A stretch of 64,000 nt of DNA from Epiperipatus broadwayi (lineage: Eukaryota; Animalia; Onychophora): positions 13,764,001 through 13,828,000 of the forward strand of contig JAQFVV010000007.1 in NCBI GenBank assembly GCA_028023455.1, in the 5' to 3' direction. Positions 37,386 to 51,697 of the stretch are shown here, piece after piece; position 1 is the stretch's first letter; every line of letters starts with the position of its first letter. The notes under the pieces were generated by a model. That model was given only the letters and a program-made list of their open reading frames with translations. It was not told the origin of the DNA and did no database searches. The translations under genes and the position numbers were made by a program.

Positions 37386-37800
37386 CTAAATCCTTCGATC
37401 TTGTTTTTTTAGAGGAGGTAGTTTAGATGTTGATAGCTGTGGACTTCTGGAGAAAAAGTTTAGAATAGGTCGCCGGCATTCTTCTTTGATTTTTTCATAC
37501 AATATTTTATAAGGTCTTATTATTTGATTTAAAATATTTTTGAATTGGATGTGGTGTTCTAGGTCAGAGTCAGATTTGTCCAAAATGTTGTTCATGGTCT
37601 CCTGATCTGAAATAAATTCCTTCAGTTTCTTGATCCATCCAGTTGCATTAATTACACTTTAATTAATTATTCCATGTATGATTCCAAATGCTCTTCAATG
37701 CTATCATCAACTTTTGTAAATGCTTTCCATCTAATTGAAGTATATGTAAAGAGATGTGGACAGAATTTATTTTAAGTAAGATTGAGTTGTGTGCATTACC
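37386..37800 (-). mobile_element. Tigger/pogo-like transposase C-terminal remnant
   Basis: AFTKVDDSIEEHLESYME and DSDLEHHIQFKNILNQIIRPYKILYEKIKEECRRPILNFF resemble pogo-family C-termini. Confidence 0.65.
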
Positions 37801-38076
37801 TATAAAATAAACAAAACTATTGTTATATTGAAGTCCTTAAAGATTTAAGAAATATACTTATCAGCATCCTTAGCCAAAATGCTGATGAGATGCTGCATAG
37901 TTGTTGAAGATTGTGCCAATTCTTTGATTCATAGATTGAAGATGTTATATGCTGTTTGGTTGTATTAGTTGTTACATGTTTCTAGTTGAAAATGTATGTA
38001 GTTATAAACTTATAATATATATATAAATTAAATATATGCTTTTAGTGTGCATGTATATAATAAAATAAACTGAGAA

Positions 38077-38185
38077 GTCAAGCATTGGTGGGCGAGAGAT
38101 CAGTGACAGCTTCTTTACAAGCAGTTATCCAGGATTAGCAGGTTCGCTTCCTGGTTGATGCTATGACACATGATAAAAAATATAT
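38077..38185 (+). mobile_element. Short tRNA-derived SINE, copy 2, with TSD
   Basis: B-box GGTTCGCTTCC; 12-bp direct repeat ATAAACTGAGAA at 38065-38076 and 38186-38197. Confidence 0.7.
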
Positions 38186-39869
38186 ATAAACTGAGAAAAC
38201 CAAAGTAAACCTGCAATTATTATTTTTTTGTGTGTTCTTTTATATAATTTTTTTGATTGTGCTAAAAAAAAAACTATATTGAGCATTCTTTTTTAATTAA
38301 ATTTGTAATAGTGCATTATATTACTATACTTGTGTAATAACAAGACATTTAATTGACCACAAAGACTTGATATATGTCATTATTATATGAGTAGACAAAT
38401 TATGGTCATATACAAGACCAAAAGCTAATCACTATTAACGTAAAAGGAAAAAAAAAATTCTGACATGATTTTTAAAAAAAAAAAAAAATCTAATGTATAG
38501 GGTTGGAGCATAATGTATTTTATACATAATATTTTTTTATATTATGTACTATGCAGATCTAAATAAACAACAATTTTATAGTTGTGCCATTTTTTGTTGG
38601 CATGAGGTGTCACATTTAACTAAATGCAATAGCCATTTTCTTTGAAATGACATAATTATTTTGAATAGTTGTGGCAATAGAGATGTGGGCTATTTAATTA
38701 AAAATGGCAGGTTTGGATCTTCTATTTATTCATATTTCAATATCATCATACAAAATTTATTACTAATTGTTTAATGAATGGAATCCTACTCACTTTTATT
38801 TCTTTGCCGAATATACATTTGTGATAATAGTTTCAATTTGATTGACATTAGCAATCATAATGATTTTAATCCAAATTTAATTGACTGGACATTTAACCTA
38901 ATATTTATACTGTACACAATTAAAAATTGAATATTAGTAATATATGCTCAAAATTTATTTGTAGTTTTATGCTCAATTCTATTTTGGCACTATATTTTTT
39001 CCATGTGTGATAATGTCCATAATTGCTTAGGATATTTAAAACAAATTATGAGATGATTTAAAAGCAATCAAGTAAAATATTTTAACATATATTCAGTAAT
39101 GTCTGATGATGTAAAGTTCATTATTAATTGCATAATACATGAAATCATTTTATTTTTCAAGATAACAATTATGATAACTATATTTTACAATTCAGTGATT
39201 GTCATTTTTGTTACAAACAAAATACTGTTCATAAGAATTTAAATCCATAAAAGTGAGTACATGCAAATACAAAGTTTGTAAACTATGTATTTGGTTGTTG
39301 TATGTCTTCAAAATATGATTTTGATTTTTTTATTATATTAGATAAAACATTTTTTTTGCTTTTATTGTCATTAATAAATAAAATCTTTACATTGGATATG
39401 TCATTAATGTAGTACTCATATTCTTGGATACTCAATGAAAATTAAATAAAATACTGTACTTGTAACCTAATTGTATTTTAAATTTATATTCAAAATATTC
39501 TATACATTATTGAAAAATTGCATATTGTATTATGTATAATGAATAAACTCTGTTCTGCCAGTGTGAATGTCACTATTTTGCTTTTGGTTGACATACCTTT
39601 ATTAAAATAACTAAACTATGACTTTAACAGTTTTACAAAAAATTTTTAAAATATTTTTAAAGATTTATAATGAATAACAGTGGATACAAATGAATTATGA
39701 TCAATATAGTTAATTCTGCATAAAGGTTTGGCATTAAATGGGGCATGGGTATAAAAAGAAGCTCTAAAAATACTTGTTATTATTCTGAAATGTCAGCTAT
39801 TTAACTATTATATTATTATTACATGGAAGCTCCTGAAAATAATACTATGAATTCATCATTTATCCATGA

Positions 39870-40092
39870 ATCCTGTTCATTAAAATGTGTATACTTGCTA
39901 TCTTAATATAAACTGAGCAGTGATTATATACATATGTTGGAGATGATCTGAACCAACTGACAAATGCTGCTTCGGTATAAATATATATTTGAAGATCATT
40001 CATATTTTTGACATGTATGTGGCTGTGTGTATCAGTTAAATTGGATAGAGTGGATGACTATAGGGAGCTTGAAAACCTGGGTTCAAATTTCC
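39870..40092 (+). mobile_element. Diverged partial copy of the 12002-12901 family
   Basis: tatcttaatataaactg...ggagatgatctgaaccaactga...gggttcaaat homology to 12705-12895. Confidence 0.7.
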
Positions 40093-40121
40093 ATTAATTA
40101 CATTTATCCATGAGAATATTA

Positions 40122-40155
<34 letters not shown>

Positions 40156-40168
40156 TTAAAAACCATTA

Positions 40169-40200
<32 letters not shown>

Positions 40201-40201
<1 letters not shown>

Positions 40202-40795
40202 CATTAAAAACCAGTCAACACTTAGACATTCACAATATCAATAATAATCAGCATCTTCAAACTGCTGTCAAGGCAATCTCATTTTAACTATGAGTATATA
40301 TATAAAATTAAAATTACCCCAAATCCAAAATTCAACCAGACCAGCCAAGACATAATAATAAAACACAACCAAAGGTTTCACTGCTACAAGAAGACTTCTC
40401 AAGTGTAAAGAACTATAAAAACTACACCATATATATAATATTAAACATTACCCACAAATCCATTTACTTCCCATCCACCCTTAATATTAAAAGAACTCTT
40501 AAATAAGTTAATTGCTTCAGAATAATAAATTTTCAATAACAGATTCTTTAATTCTTCTTTTGATTTCATTTCTCTCAAAGAAGACAACCTTATCTTCATC
40601 AAAATTAATAGTGTGGCCTGTATCTTCTTCATGGACATACAAAGCAGAACTAAGATATCTATTTCTAACTCTACTTTCATGAACTTTTATTCTTTCATTT
40701 AAACTTAAACTACTCTGACCTATGTAGACCTTCTTACAAAAACAAGGGATAAAATATACTATACCAAGAATAGTCCTCCTGGTAAGCTCCATCTA
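40201..40795 (-). mobile_element. Penelope-like element 3' portion: GIY-YIG endonuclease fragment plus pLTR with hammerhead (40363-40406), followed by a second-family pLTR piece
   Basis: ORF 40517-40792: GIVYFIPCFCKKVYIGQS...RIKVH...SALYVH...GHTINF...KRRIKES, the PLE GIY-YIG signature. Confidence 0.85.
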
Positions 40796-41964
40796 GTGAT
40801 CATATATATACACACCTAATCAGAGAACCGCTATTATTCAAATAAATGTACTATAGGTTTTTAGACATTACTTAGCAATAAATTGTTAGAATGTTGATAA
40901 TCATATAATAATAATGCATTGAAATGCAAAAATTAAATATTAAAGTATTCACTCTGCTAATGTTTTTATATTTATATAATAATTACATAAGTACATTATA
41001 TGATTACTGTTTCATGCCTATATTAAGTAATAGAATATTGCATCAATATGCTATTGTAATAAAAATTAATGAGATTTCATTTATTTTTTAATTATAAGAG
41101 TTTTTATATATATATGCTGAATTATAAGAGTTTTTATATATATATGCTGAAGTGTTGACTGGGAGTGAACCCAGGCCAGCTGCTGATAACAAATTCCTGT
41201 AATAATCACTTAGTTTAATTAAAAGTAAATGGGGTTTCATTAATTTTTAATTACAGCATTGCTAGACAACAGATTGTTGTAATATTCTGTTGGAATTTAA
41301 ACATAAGGACTATAGTGATATAATGGGCATATATTAACAAAAAAATGTTGGCACTTAAAATGTATAATATGAATGACATACTCTCTGTTATGATAAATAG
41401 TGAGAAATAATAATGTACTACTTCAAAATTAAGATGCAGTAGGATTTTAAGCTCAGAAAATTAGAAAAAACATTTAAATGATTTTATTAAAAAATAAGAA
41501 ACATTTTCAGTTACTTAAATAAAAACTGATATAAATACAATAATCTCACCTAATTTATTGCCAATTTTTCTCAGATATACTTTCACTTTCAGAACTTTAA
41601 TTTTCATCTTCACTATTTTACTGAAGTACATCATCTTTGGTGCTACTTGAATAATTAGAAATGCTACACTTTAAAAAAGATTATTTTGATAATTTTTAAG
41701 GATATCTTTGCAAGATTGCAAAACCCACTGAACTATTCTAAAAGAGAAAGCTCATTTTGTTTTACCTTGATCTTTTTTATTTAATCAACCTTCATAATGA
41801 GTTATCATTCTAACTATTAAGGCTTTATTAGAAGTATATACTCTTATACTTTTCCTTTACTTTCACTACATTTTTTCATATATTCATATATATTACTTAT
41901 AATATTTTCTCTCATATATATTTTAATGCAAAAAAAATTTTTTTTAAGAAAACTTCTTTATTTT

Positions 41965-42003
41965 CCTGATAGTTTCAACTGTCCAACAGTCTTCATCAGA
42001 GCT
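41965..42003 (-). ncRNA. Hammerhead motif, solo, with a shortened stem III
   Basis: CT-CTGATGA-A-GACTG(ttgga)CAGTT-GAAACTATC-AG. Confidence 0.55.
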
Positions 42004-44556
42004 TCTCAAATTTCCTCTACCTTTTAAATATTTTAAATCTTTTAAACTGTTAGGAAAATAAAGAAGTTGTATTAATTTTTTTTTTTGCATTAAAGTGTAT
42101 ATGAGAAAAGTTATTATAAGCAATATATATGAATCTATAAAGGCTTTGTTAATAGAAACCTCAAGTGAATGGAGTTTACAAGTCATGACTTCATATATTG
42201 TTATTATATCACAGTTTTTTGTTTTTACTTTAAGCTTAATGTCATCCAATTATATGGTAAATTGCAGCCATATGTTATAATTTCTTTGTCAATTTTCTTT
42301 CATATTAAAGTAATTTTTTCTATTAAAATATGAATCATTCTTCTAAGATAATTAATATTTTGACAAATTTTCTGAAAAAAATGCAAAATGTGTAAAAAAA
42401 ATAATTAAATATTCATTTTCATATTGAAATTCAAAATGAAAATATCAGGAACTGTCAAAATTATTGTCAGATGTTCTCTCCTGTACAGAACAATAAATAA
42501 CTAATCAGTACCATGAAAGGAAGGTTTTAATCACACTCTTATAATTTGAAATTTAAATCTTATTGATTTATTAGTTATAAAAAATCTAAAGGTTATTCAG
42601 TACAGTTTTCTTGATAATATATTAATAAAATCGACAAAATAAAGTTAAAAGATTCTCAAACCATTCACTTTCACTTTGAAATTCAAAACAAAAACATTGG
42701 GTACTGTCAAAATGATTTATTAGTTATAAGATAATTCTAAAGGTTATTCAGTATAGTTTTCTCTATAAAATAATGTTAAAATCAGCCAAACAACATTTAA
42801 AGTAAATTAAAGCCATCTACAAAATTAATCCAAAAATGTTGTCATTTAATGGTAAATGTTTTTTTTTCTCTTGATTAAATGAAATTTAACATGCTATTCT
42901 ACATAGGGACACCAATCACTACACTATGTGCATATATAGCATAAAGCAAAGAACTGTAGAAATAAGATATTAAAACTTTTCACTTCAAATTTATGAAGCA
43001 CCTCTCTTTTATGGATTCAAAATTTGGGAAAAAAGTCATCTTATAATTAAGGTAATAGGGTATTTGATTAATATTAGTTGTAATTTACTATTGCTTTATA
43101 TACCCAGAGAGTAATTTATTAGTAGCATTTCAATTTAAGGGCTACATTATTTGCCACCAGATTAATCAACATTAATGACATTTCTAATATATTGGTTTTA
43201 CTTGTTTTTTATTTTGTAAAATAACTGTTTTTTTATATTTTATTTTGTAATTATCATTTTAATGTGTTGTGTATCATCATTTTCAATTGTGAACATTTTG
43301 CTGCAAGGTTTTCAAAGTTCAATGCAGTTTCTTTGATATGTAACCTTTTTTTCCACATCACACCAGAATATTTCAATATTTGCTCCATTTATCTCACATA
43401 TGATATTTCTCTAGATCTTTGACAATCTCTTAAAAATTGGTTTAAGAGCTTCTAGAAATATATCCAGGCAAGCTCAACTTTAGACTCTCAATTTTTTTAA
43501 TGTTGATGTGTATATAATATTTGTTTTATGTTTATTAAAATTAACTTTATTATATTATTGTATATCTGTTAGTAAAACAAAATATTGGCTTAATTTTGAA
43601 TGCAATTATAATTAATACTAATTAAATTATTGTAATTCACTTTATTTATGTTATAACTCTAAAAATAAAATGATATAATAAATTATGTTCACATGATGCC
43701 TAGAAATAGTGAACTGCTACATGAACCAATCAGATGTAAAAAGTTATTGGTTACATTGGCACAAAGAGTGCAAAAATAGCACTCAGTTGGGCAGATAAAA
43801 TCCTCTCCCCCTTTTTTTTTATCAGTTCAGAATTGATTTAAATATTTTGTTCTCATTCTAATCACATTTGCAATTAATCCAAATCCTTAAAACAAAACTT
43901 TGTCTAAGTATTTATTTTTTATGTAATTTGATTATATATATAGTTAATGATTTTTTAAACGAACAAAAATAAAAGTTAGGTATTTTTTTTTTTTAGATAT
44001 TTTATGAAAGACTATAGAATTTCATTATATTTACATTGCATGTTTAGTGATTAATATATAAATATATACATGGTCCGTTAGTTAGTAAGTTTTGCTTAAT
44101 TTGACTTCTCTGGTCATTAATTTTACACTCAATTCATCACGTTACAACTTGAAAATATAAATATATAACAGGTAGTTTTAATTACTTGTTAACCTTATAC
44201 AACTTTATTATGAAAGTGAATTAATTAGAAAGTTAGTTTAAAAAAAAATGGAAAGAAATTTCATCCATTATATTGTTTTTATATGCTGTGCATTTAAATA
44301 AATCACACAATACAATATAAAATAAAATATCTTTATATAAAAGCAAAAATTATATACATATAGTATAGATAAAAGCTTTTTTTAGTAAATATTTCCTTTT
44401 TCCCATTTCAATGTTATGGGGCCATTTTAAAGCAAGTTGCATTGCTTATATAGCAAAAATCTGTCTTTTTTATATAGTAAATTAACTAGTACCAATTATA
44501 GCAATAATATAATACATAGAAAAAACAACAACACCAACATTTTTTTCAACTTTAAT

Positions 44557-44740
44557 TCATTATCATCAACTATTAACAATCCACTGCAGGATGAACGTCT
44601 CTCCAAGTTCAATCCATCTTCTCCGATCTTCAGCTTCTCTTCTCCACATCACCCTTGCACACTTTCGTATTTCTTTCATCCATCTCACATGTGGTCTTTT
44701 TCTGGATCTTTTACAATCTCTTGGAATCAATATACTTCAT
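44557..44740 (-). mobile_element. 5'-truncated 3' end of the RTE family seen at 58739-59617
   Basis: Reverse complement aligns to 59445-59615. Confidence 0.85.
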
Positions 44741-46169
44741 TATATTTTCTAATCCATGTTTGAACCCTGCATGGTTTAGTACAGTGGTAGATTGTTAGAT
44801 TCTGAAGTGTAAAGTACTTAAATTGATCCCTATTTTGGCAATTTCTATACTTGAACTTATAGATATTTGTGTGCACATTTGACTATGGATAAACATTTAT
44901 CAAATCCATGGAATAACATTTCCTTGAACATAAAATTGCTTTAAGCATCTGTTCGTTTTGTAATTCTGTATATCCTATTCATAATTTAAAAAAGAGTTGT
45001 TGCTCATGTTCCTGAATGTTAATGCTTCAGAGATAAAAATATCAAAGTGTTAATAGGAGAAAGTTCAAATGTTATTAGTTGAAAATATTATTATATGAGA
45101 GTATTACAGTATCAACAGTAGTCTTCTATAAGAAAGAGATGCTTTAAGAATATATTAATTATATCCTCTTTATAAAACACACCACCAAACGGATACATTT
45201 CTTAAATCAACATTCATTATGTATATTTTGTAAATTAATGATAACCAGGAAATATAACTCATACTTTATAAAAAGATATTTTATAAGACTTTTAACAAAA
45301 TGAAGGTGTTGGAATATCATCCCCAACAATCTAATCTTTGATATCTAAGGTTTTGTTTATCTAACAATCATTACAAAAATCTTCTAATCTAATTGGTTAC
45401 CAAACCAACAGTTATCCTTTCATTCATAAAAACTCATAATATATAAATAGGTAACTAAAATGTGATTCTATTGTTAGAAGCTGACCTCTTGTCAGCTCTT
45501 CTTTTTATTACATAAATGTTGACTCAACTTCCAACTTTGAACCAAGTTCAGAACTGATCTGGAATTTGCTAAAACATTTTTTTGACTAGAATTTTTTTAA
45601 AAAAAACTTAGTTGTTTCAATAATCCAAAAACCAAGGAAATGGTAAAGAGTGAATAATAGTTAAAATAATAATCTAGATAAAATAACCAAAATGAGTGTT
45701 CACCCACTGTGTATATTATAAAAAGACATAAATAATTAAAAAAATAGACAAGAACAAAAAGAATAATAAAGCTATAAATTAAAGAAATAAAAACATAACA
45801 AGTAGAAATAGATTACTAGCAGGTCAGATAGGTCAAAATGTTTTAAATTGTCAAACTTTATTGGATACTAAAATGATAAACTAAGGTATGGTCATTAACC
45901 CTAAACATGGGATGAGGGGATGGGCTATACACTTCAAAATAAAATAGAAGAGGAAAAATAAATAAAAGAAACTAAATAAAAACAAATATTGTCAATATTT
46001 AAAATAAGAGCAAGAATACAATGCACAGGGAAAATATAGGCAGCAGAAATTTTAAATAATAATAGTAAAACCGAGACTTCATGGACACAAGGCAATCTAA
46101 GTGTAAAGTCAAGAATTACAAAAATTGTAAGAGCAGAAATCTCCTAAGTTATACAGAAAAATGATTTAG

Positions 46170-46361
<192 letters not shown>

Positions 46362-46559
46362 TAATTCACTTTATTTTCCATACAAGACTACAGCATTAAT
46401 GAAATTACAGAATTGCACCATAATTAATATACACTAATACAGATAATCAAGTATAAATATCAAATTATGAATAAGTCTACATGACATATTTTCTTATAAG
46501 ATTAGTAATATTTTTTTTAAATCTTATACAATATTACTTTCATTATAAAATCTCGATTA

Positions 46560-48640
46560 TAAGTGTCACACAAATGAAACAAAAAAATAGATTTTAATGT
46601 GTTATAGTAACAAACCTTAATGTAAAATATATTACATGTGCGTATTTTATAAAAACAATCATTAATTGTAATATTTGAAATTTTGTTTATTAAAATAATT
46701 TTTTGAGTGACAAGGTTATATAGGCATTTAATCTTTCTTCTGACAAATATGGATATATAATGGTTATTTAACTTAATATATTTATAAAATTAATCATAGA
46801 CTAATAGAATTCTGATAATATCTTATTTGAAATTTGGATTCCAAACAACACATTCATATTCTTAAATGGATAAAACCTAAGAGATAAACAATTGATGCTT
46901 TGTAGAGTTAGTAAATTGTCTACAATGCTTTAAAATTGCATCCACAATTCTAAAAGCTTCATAAAGTTTTAATGTGAAGATGAAATGATCCATTGCTAGC
47001 ACAAATAATGCCAAGGTCTTTCTGTACATCAACCAAATTTATTTTATAGCCTTCAATATAATAAGGACAGTTAAAGATCACAGAGTTTCTGGATTAAGAA
47101 ACAGTTGAACATTAATCTATATTAATATCCATCTTATTATTTTTACATCATTCCAAAAAATTGTTAATATCATTTTGTAAAAGTATGGAATCAGTAACTG
47201 AGACAATTATTACTAAATATTTTACAACCATCTGCATAACACAAAAGTATTGTTAAAATTCCAAATTTTCTTAAATTATCTGAATAAATGTTAAATAAAA
47301 TCATGCAAGGATACTACCTTCAGGTACTCCTAGATGGCATAAGTTCGAATTAGAAAACTTGTTATTAAGGTTGATATAAACCATTTTTTCCCCTAACAAA
47401 AGATTTAAACCATAGTATCACATTATAAAAAAAACATAATTTGTACATTTTATGAAGCAATATAGAATGATCAACTTAATCAAATGTTTAGGAGAGATCA
47501 AAATAGATAGATGACATTGATTTTGGAAATCAATATGACCAGTTGTTGTTAGAAAATTTGTTTCAGTTGATCTATTAGGTAAAAAAAAACGATGTTGCAC
47601 AGGAGCTAAAACCTATTTATGTCATTAATAATTTTCTTTATAAATATACTTTTTAAATATGTGTGTAGTTGTATGAAGGACTGAAATAGATCTGTAATTA
47701 TTTGCATTATCTCTTCAACTATTTTTGCAAATAAAGTTTGGCAAGTTTAAGGGAGTTTGGAAAAATACACTTTTTAATGGAACAATTAAAAATGTAATAT
47801 AGGATATGAGCAATGAATTCTGCGTATCATTTAGAAATAAAAGAACACATATTACCATAACATAAACTTGACTGTAATTTTAGTTCTTTGATAGCATTAT
47901 TGTTGAAACAATCAATAGAAATACTATCATCAAAACACTCATTAGGTAATCTATTTTCAGAAAACAATTGAAAATTTCCATACAATTCAGAAAAGCAAAA
48001 TGAAAAATCATTAGCACTTAAAAAAGAACTATAATACATTTTTTTGCAAAGAATCAAAATTCTTTAGGATTATCTGATAAGTTGAGTTCAATACTTTTAA
48101 TATATTTTTGATAATAAATTTTAAACCACTAATTTCTGAATAGTTTTAACAAATCTTCTGAAATTAAAAAAAAATATTGTAAAAAAAATACGTTTTGAGT
48201 TTTAGTATATTTCTTATGATGATAAGATTTTCTTCTAACAATTCTTTTTAAGTGTAGCTGAAAACCAAGAAGGAAAATAATTGTGAGAGACATATTTTTG
48301 GGTATATAAAAATCAATCAAATCATTAAATACTCGATTAAATAATTCCATATTATAATGTCTGATGAGGAATATAATGAGTTCCAGTAAAAATTGGAAAT
48401 TCCCTTCCACAGACCAACATAATCTCCTTCTTTATAACATATTTTAATATTTAGAGGAAGAGAAGATCTAAAATAATTTATACTAACAAAAAATTCAATA
48501 GGTAGGTGATGTAAACCAGTAGGAAAATTCAGAGATGAATCATAAAAACATTTAATTTCAGATAAATTATTTAAAACATAATCGAATATTCCATAATAAG
48601 AATTTAAATAAGAATTGTGTTGTTTTAAATTCAAAAATCT
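46560..48640 (-). mobile_element. Degraded CR1-like LINE ORF2, copy A
   Basis: HHLPIEF, QHRFFLPNRSTETN, LCYADGCKIF, QKDLGII..SNGSF and VVWNPN motifs across frameshifts. Confidence 0.75.
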
Positions 48641-48753
48641 TATGTCTTAGGTGATAGTGAAAAAACATTAAAAAAGCATTACTGAATAAGTTGGAAATGT
48701 GACATCACTAGTAATGATAACATCCATTTTATAATTAACCAAAAATTCTTCAA

Positions 48754-49083
<330 letters not shown>

Positions 49084-49199
49084 CAATTGATTTACTAAAG
49101 TGCTAAACAACAGCATATATCCAATTACATTTTACACATTAAAAAATAAAAGTAATAAACATAATGCATGTAACATAATAAACGAAAATAAAAACAAAA

Positions 49200-51601
49200 A
49201 AAATAAAAAAATACGTATGTAAATAAATTCAATAAATTTAAATTAATCAACCATGACATTTTAATTTAATAATATTACAAAATTGCTTATAATCTAAATG
49301 AAAATGATTAGTGTTACTACAAATCTAATTATTTAAAGAGGGTAACCTGAATAAAGAAGAAAATTTAAGGATGTTATAAGAATCACTAGTTTAAATATAG
49401 CAGACAAAAGCAGACCAACAAGTATAAATATAAATTCATAAGACCTAATCGCAAGAGTTGACATTATATCAGATCAAATAAATTGTTTATTGATGATTTT
49501 AGAAAGGCATTTTAGATATCTACATTGCTGTTTAGAAGAAAAATGAAGAATAATTTTATTTTCCAGAGAATCATGTTTGAAAAACTTTTTAGACTGATTG
49601 CAATAAATTATATCTTTGTTTAGAATTAGGATTCCAAATCATTGAACAATATTCAGTAATGTGAAGAACCGATGATAAAAATAATTTCAACTTTGTATCA
49701 TCATTGAAATAATAACCATGTCTAATGATGGTTTCCATGATTTTAAAAGCTTTGATAATGATCATTTCTAAACGAGGAAGAAAAGATCCATTACTCGAAA
49801 TTAAAACTCTCAGATCTTTTTTGGATTCAACAAAATTAATTTTTTGAGAATTAATAAAATAATAAAAATGTAAAACTTCAATTTTTTTAGAATATGAAAC
49901 AAGGGAACATTTATTAAAATTAACTGACATATTATTTAGATCACACCAAAAGTTATCACTATCTTTCTGAAGGAATTTACAGCCAATCATTGATGTGATT
50001 CTTCTAAAGATTTTGCAGTCATCAGCATAACACAAAAAATAAGAATATTTCAGAAAATCATTTAAGTCTTTATTACAAATGGTAAACAGCATGGGTGCTA
50101 AAATACTGCAGTCAGAAACATTTAAATTGCATTCAAAATTAAACAAAATATTATTATTAGATTTGATATATATACTGTACAATTGTTAAGAAAGGATTGA
50201 AACAAATATAAAGTTTAGTAGAAAAACCTATTTTATGTAATTTGAGAAGGAGAATGGTGCAGATTACTTTATCAAAGGCTTTTAATTCATCAAAATAAAT
50301 AATATACAGTCTCTGCTGATCCTCAATTGCATGTGCTATATGATCATAAATTGTTAGTAAATTACTTTCAACTGATCTATTAGGAATAAAACAATGTAAA
50401 AAAAATATTTTATTAATATCTGAAATATTTTTATTATAAACACACTTCTCAAAAATTTGAGCAATAATATGTAAAACAGAAATAGGTCTATAATCATTAA
50501 CACAGTTGCAGGAGTCCTTTTTAAACATTAGGATCATTTTAGCACTTTTAAGAATATTAGGAAAAACATCAGAGTTAAGTGATAAATTAAAAATAAAGGT
50601 ATGCTTCAATAAATTCAGGTAGACCTTTATAAATAAAGGAAGAAATATTATCATATCCTAAACTTGAATGAGTTTTATATCATCAGATGATTACAATAAC
50701 ATTGTTCCTAGAGATATGATCAATCATGCAGTGAACAATAGGTGAATTACAAAATAATTTAATTGTTGAAGATATTATATGTTGTGAGGAATATAAGTCA
50801 GCAAAACTTTTGGAAAAATGATCTGCCTTCACTGTCAACCTATGAGTAGCTTGAACTGTTTTCTTACCCAAGTGTGAATTTTTAATAAAATCCCAAAATT
50901 CTTTAAGATTAGAAGAAATATTAAATTCAATTTTTTAAATATAATTTTGTGAATCTTTTTTGTAAACATGTTTAGCCAATTTTCTGATATTAATAAAATT
51001 ATTATAAAAAGAGATATTATGTGTTTTAAAGTAGAGTCTATGATGATAAGAGTTTCTTTTAATAATGTTAATGAGGGTGTATGAAAACCAAGAGGAAAAA
51101 CCTTTGTGGAAAGAGAATTTACTGAGAATATAGAAATCAATAAAAGTATTAAGAGTCTGCAAAAAAATAATCTAAGCAATGGTTCACATCATTATGGGAA
51201 TACAGTGAATTCCATTTATCTAGGAAATTTTCTTACAAAATTCAACATAATTATCTTTCCTATAATCTTTTTTTAAAATATTATAATAAATAACTTTTGA
51301 ATGACATATCTTAATATAAAACTCAATAGGTGGGTGATAAGCATCAATAGAAAAATAACAGAGGTAAAATGAAAAGTACATTGTGAAATATTAACAAATG
51401 GGTTATATTGTTTAAGCCCCAAAAATTTATAAAACCTTAACATCCTAAAAGTTTGGAAGATAAAAAGAAAAATGGGCAGTATTTATATCCTGAAATAAAT
51501 CTGGAATATTTAAATAACTAATATTAATAATATTTTATAGCCAATTAAAAAATCTTCAAAGGCGTCAAAGAATAGCCAAGTTCTAAAAGTGAGTAAGTTG
51601 A

Positions 51602-51639
<38 letters not shown>

Positions 51640-51655
51640 TTTATCTTAATATTTA

Positions 51656-51697
<42 letters not shown>

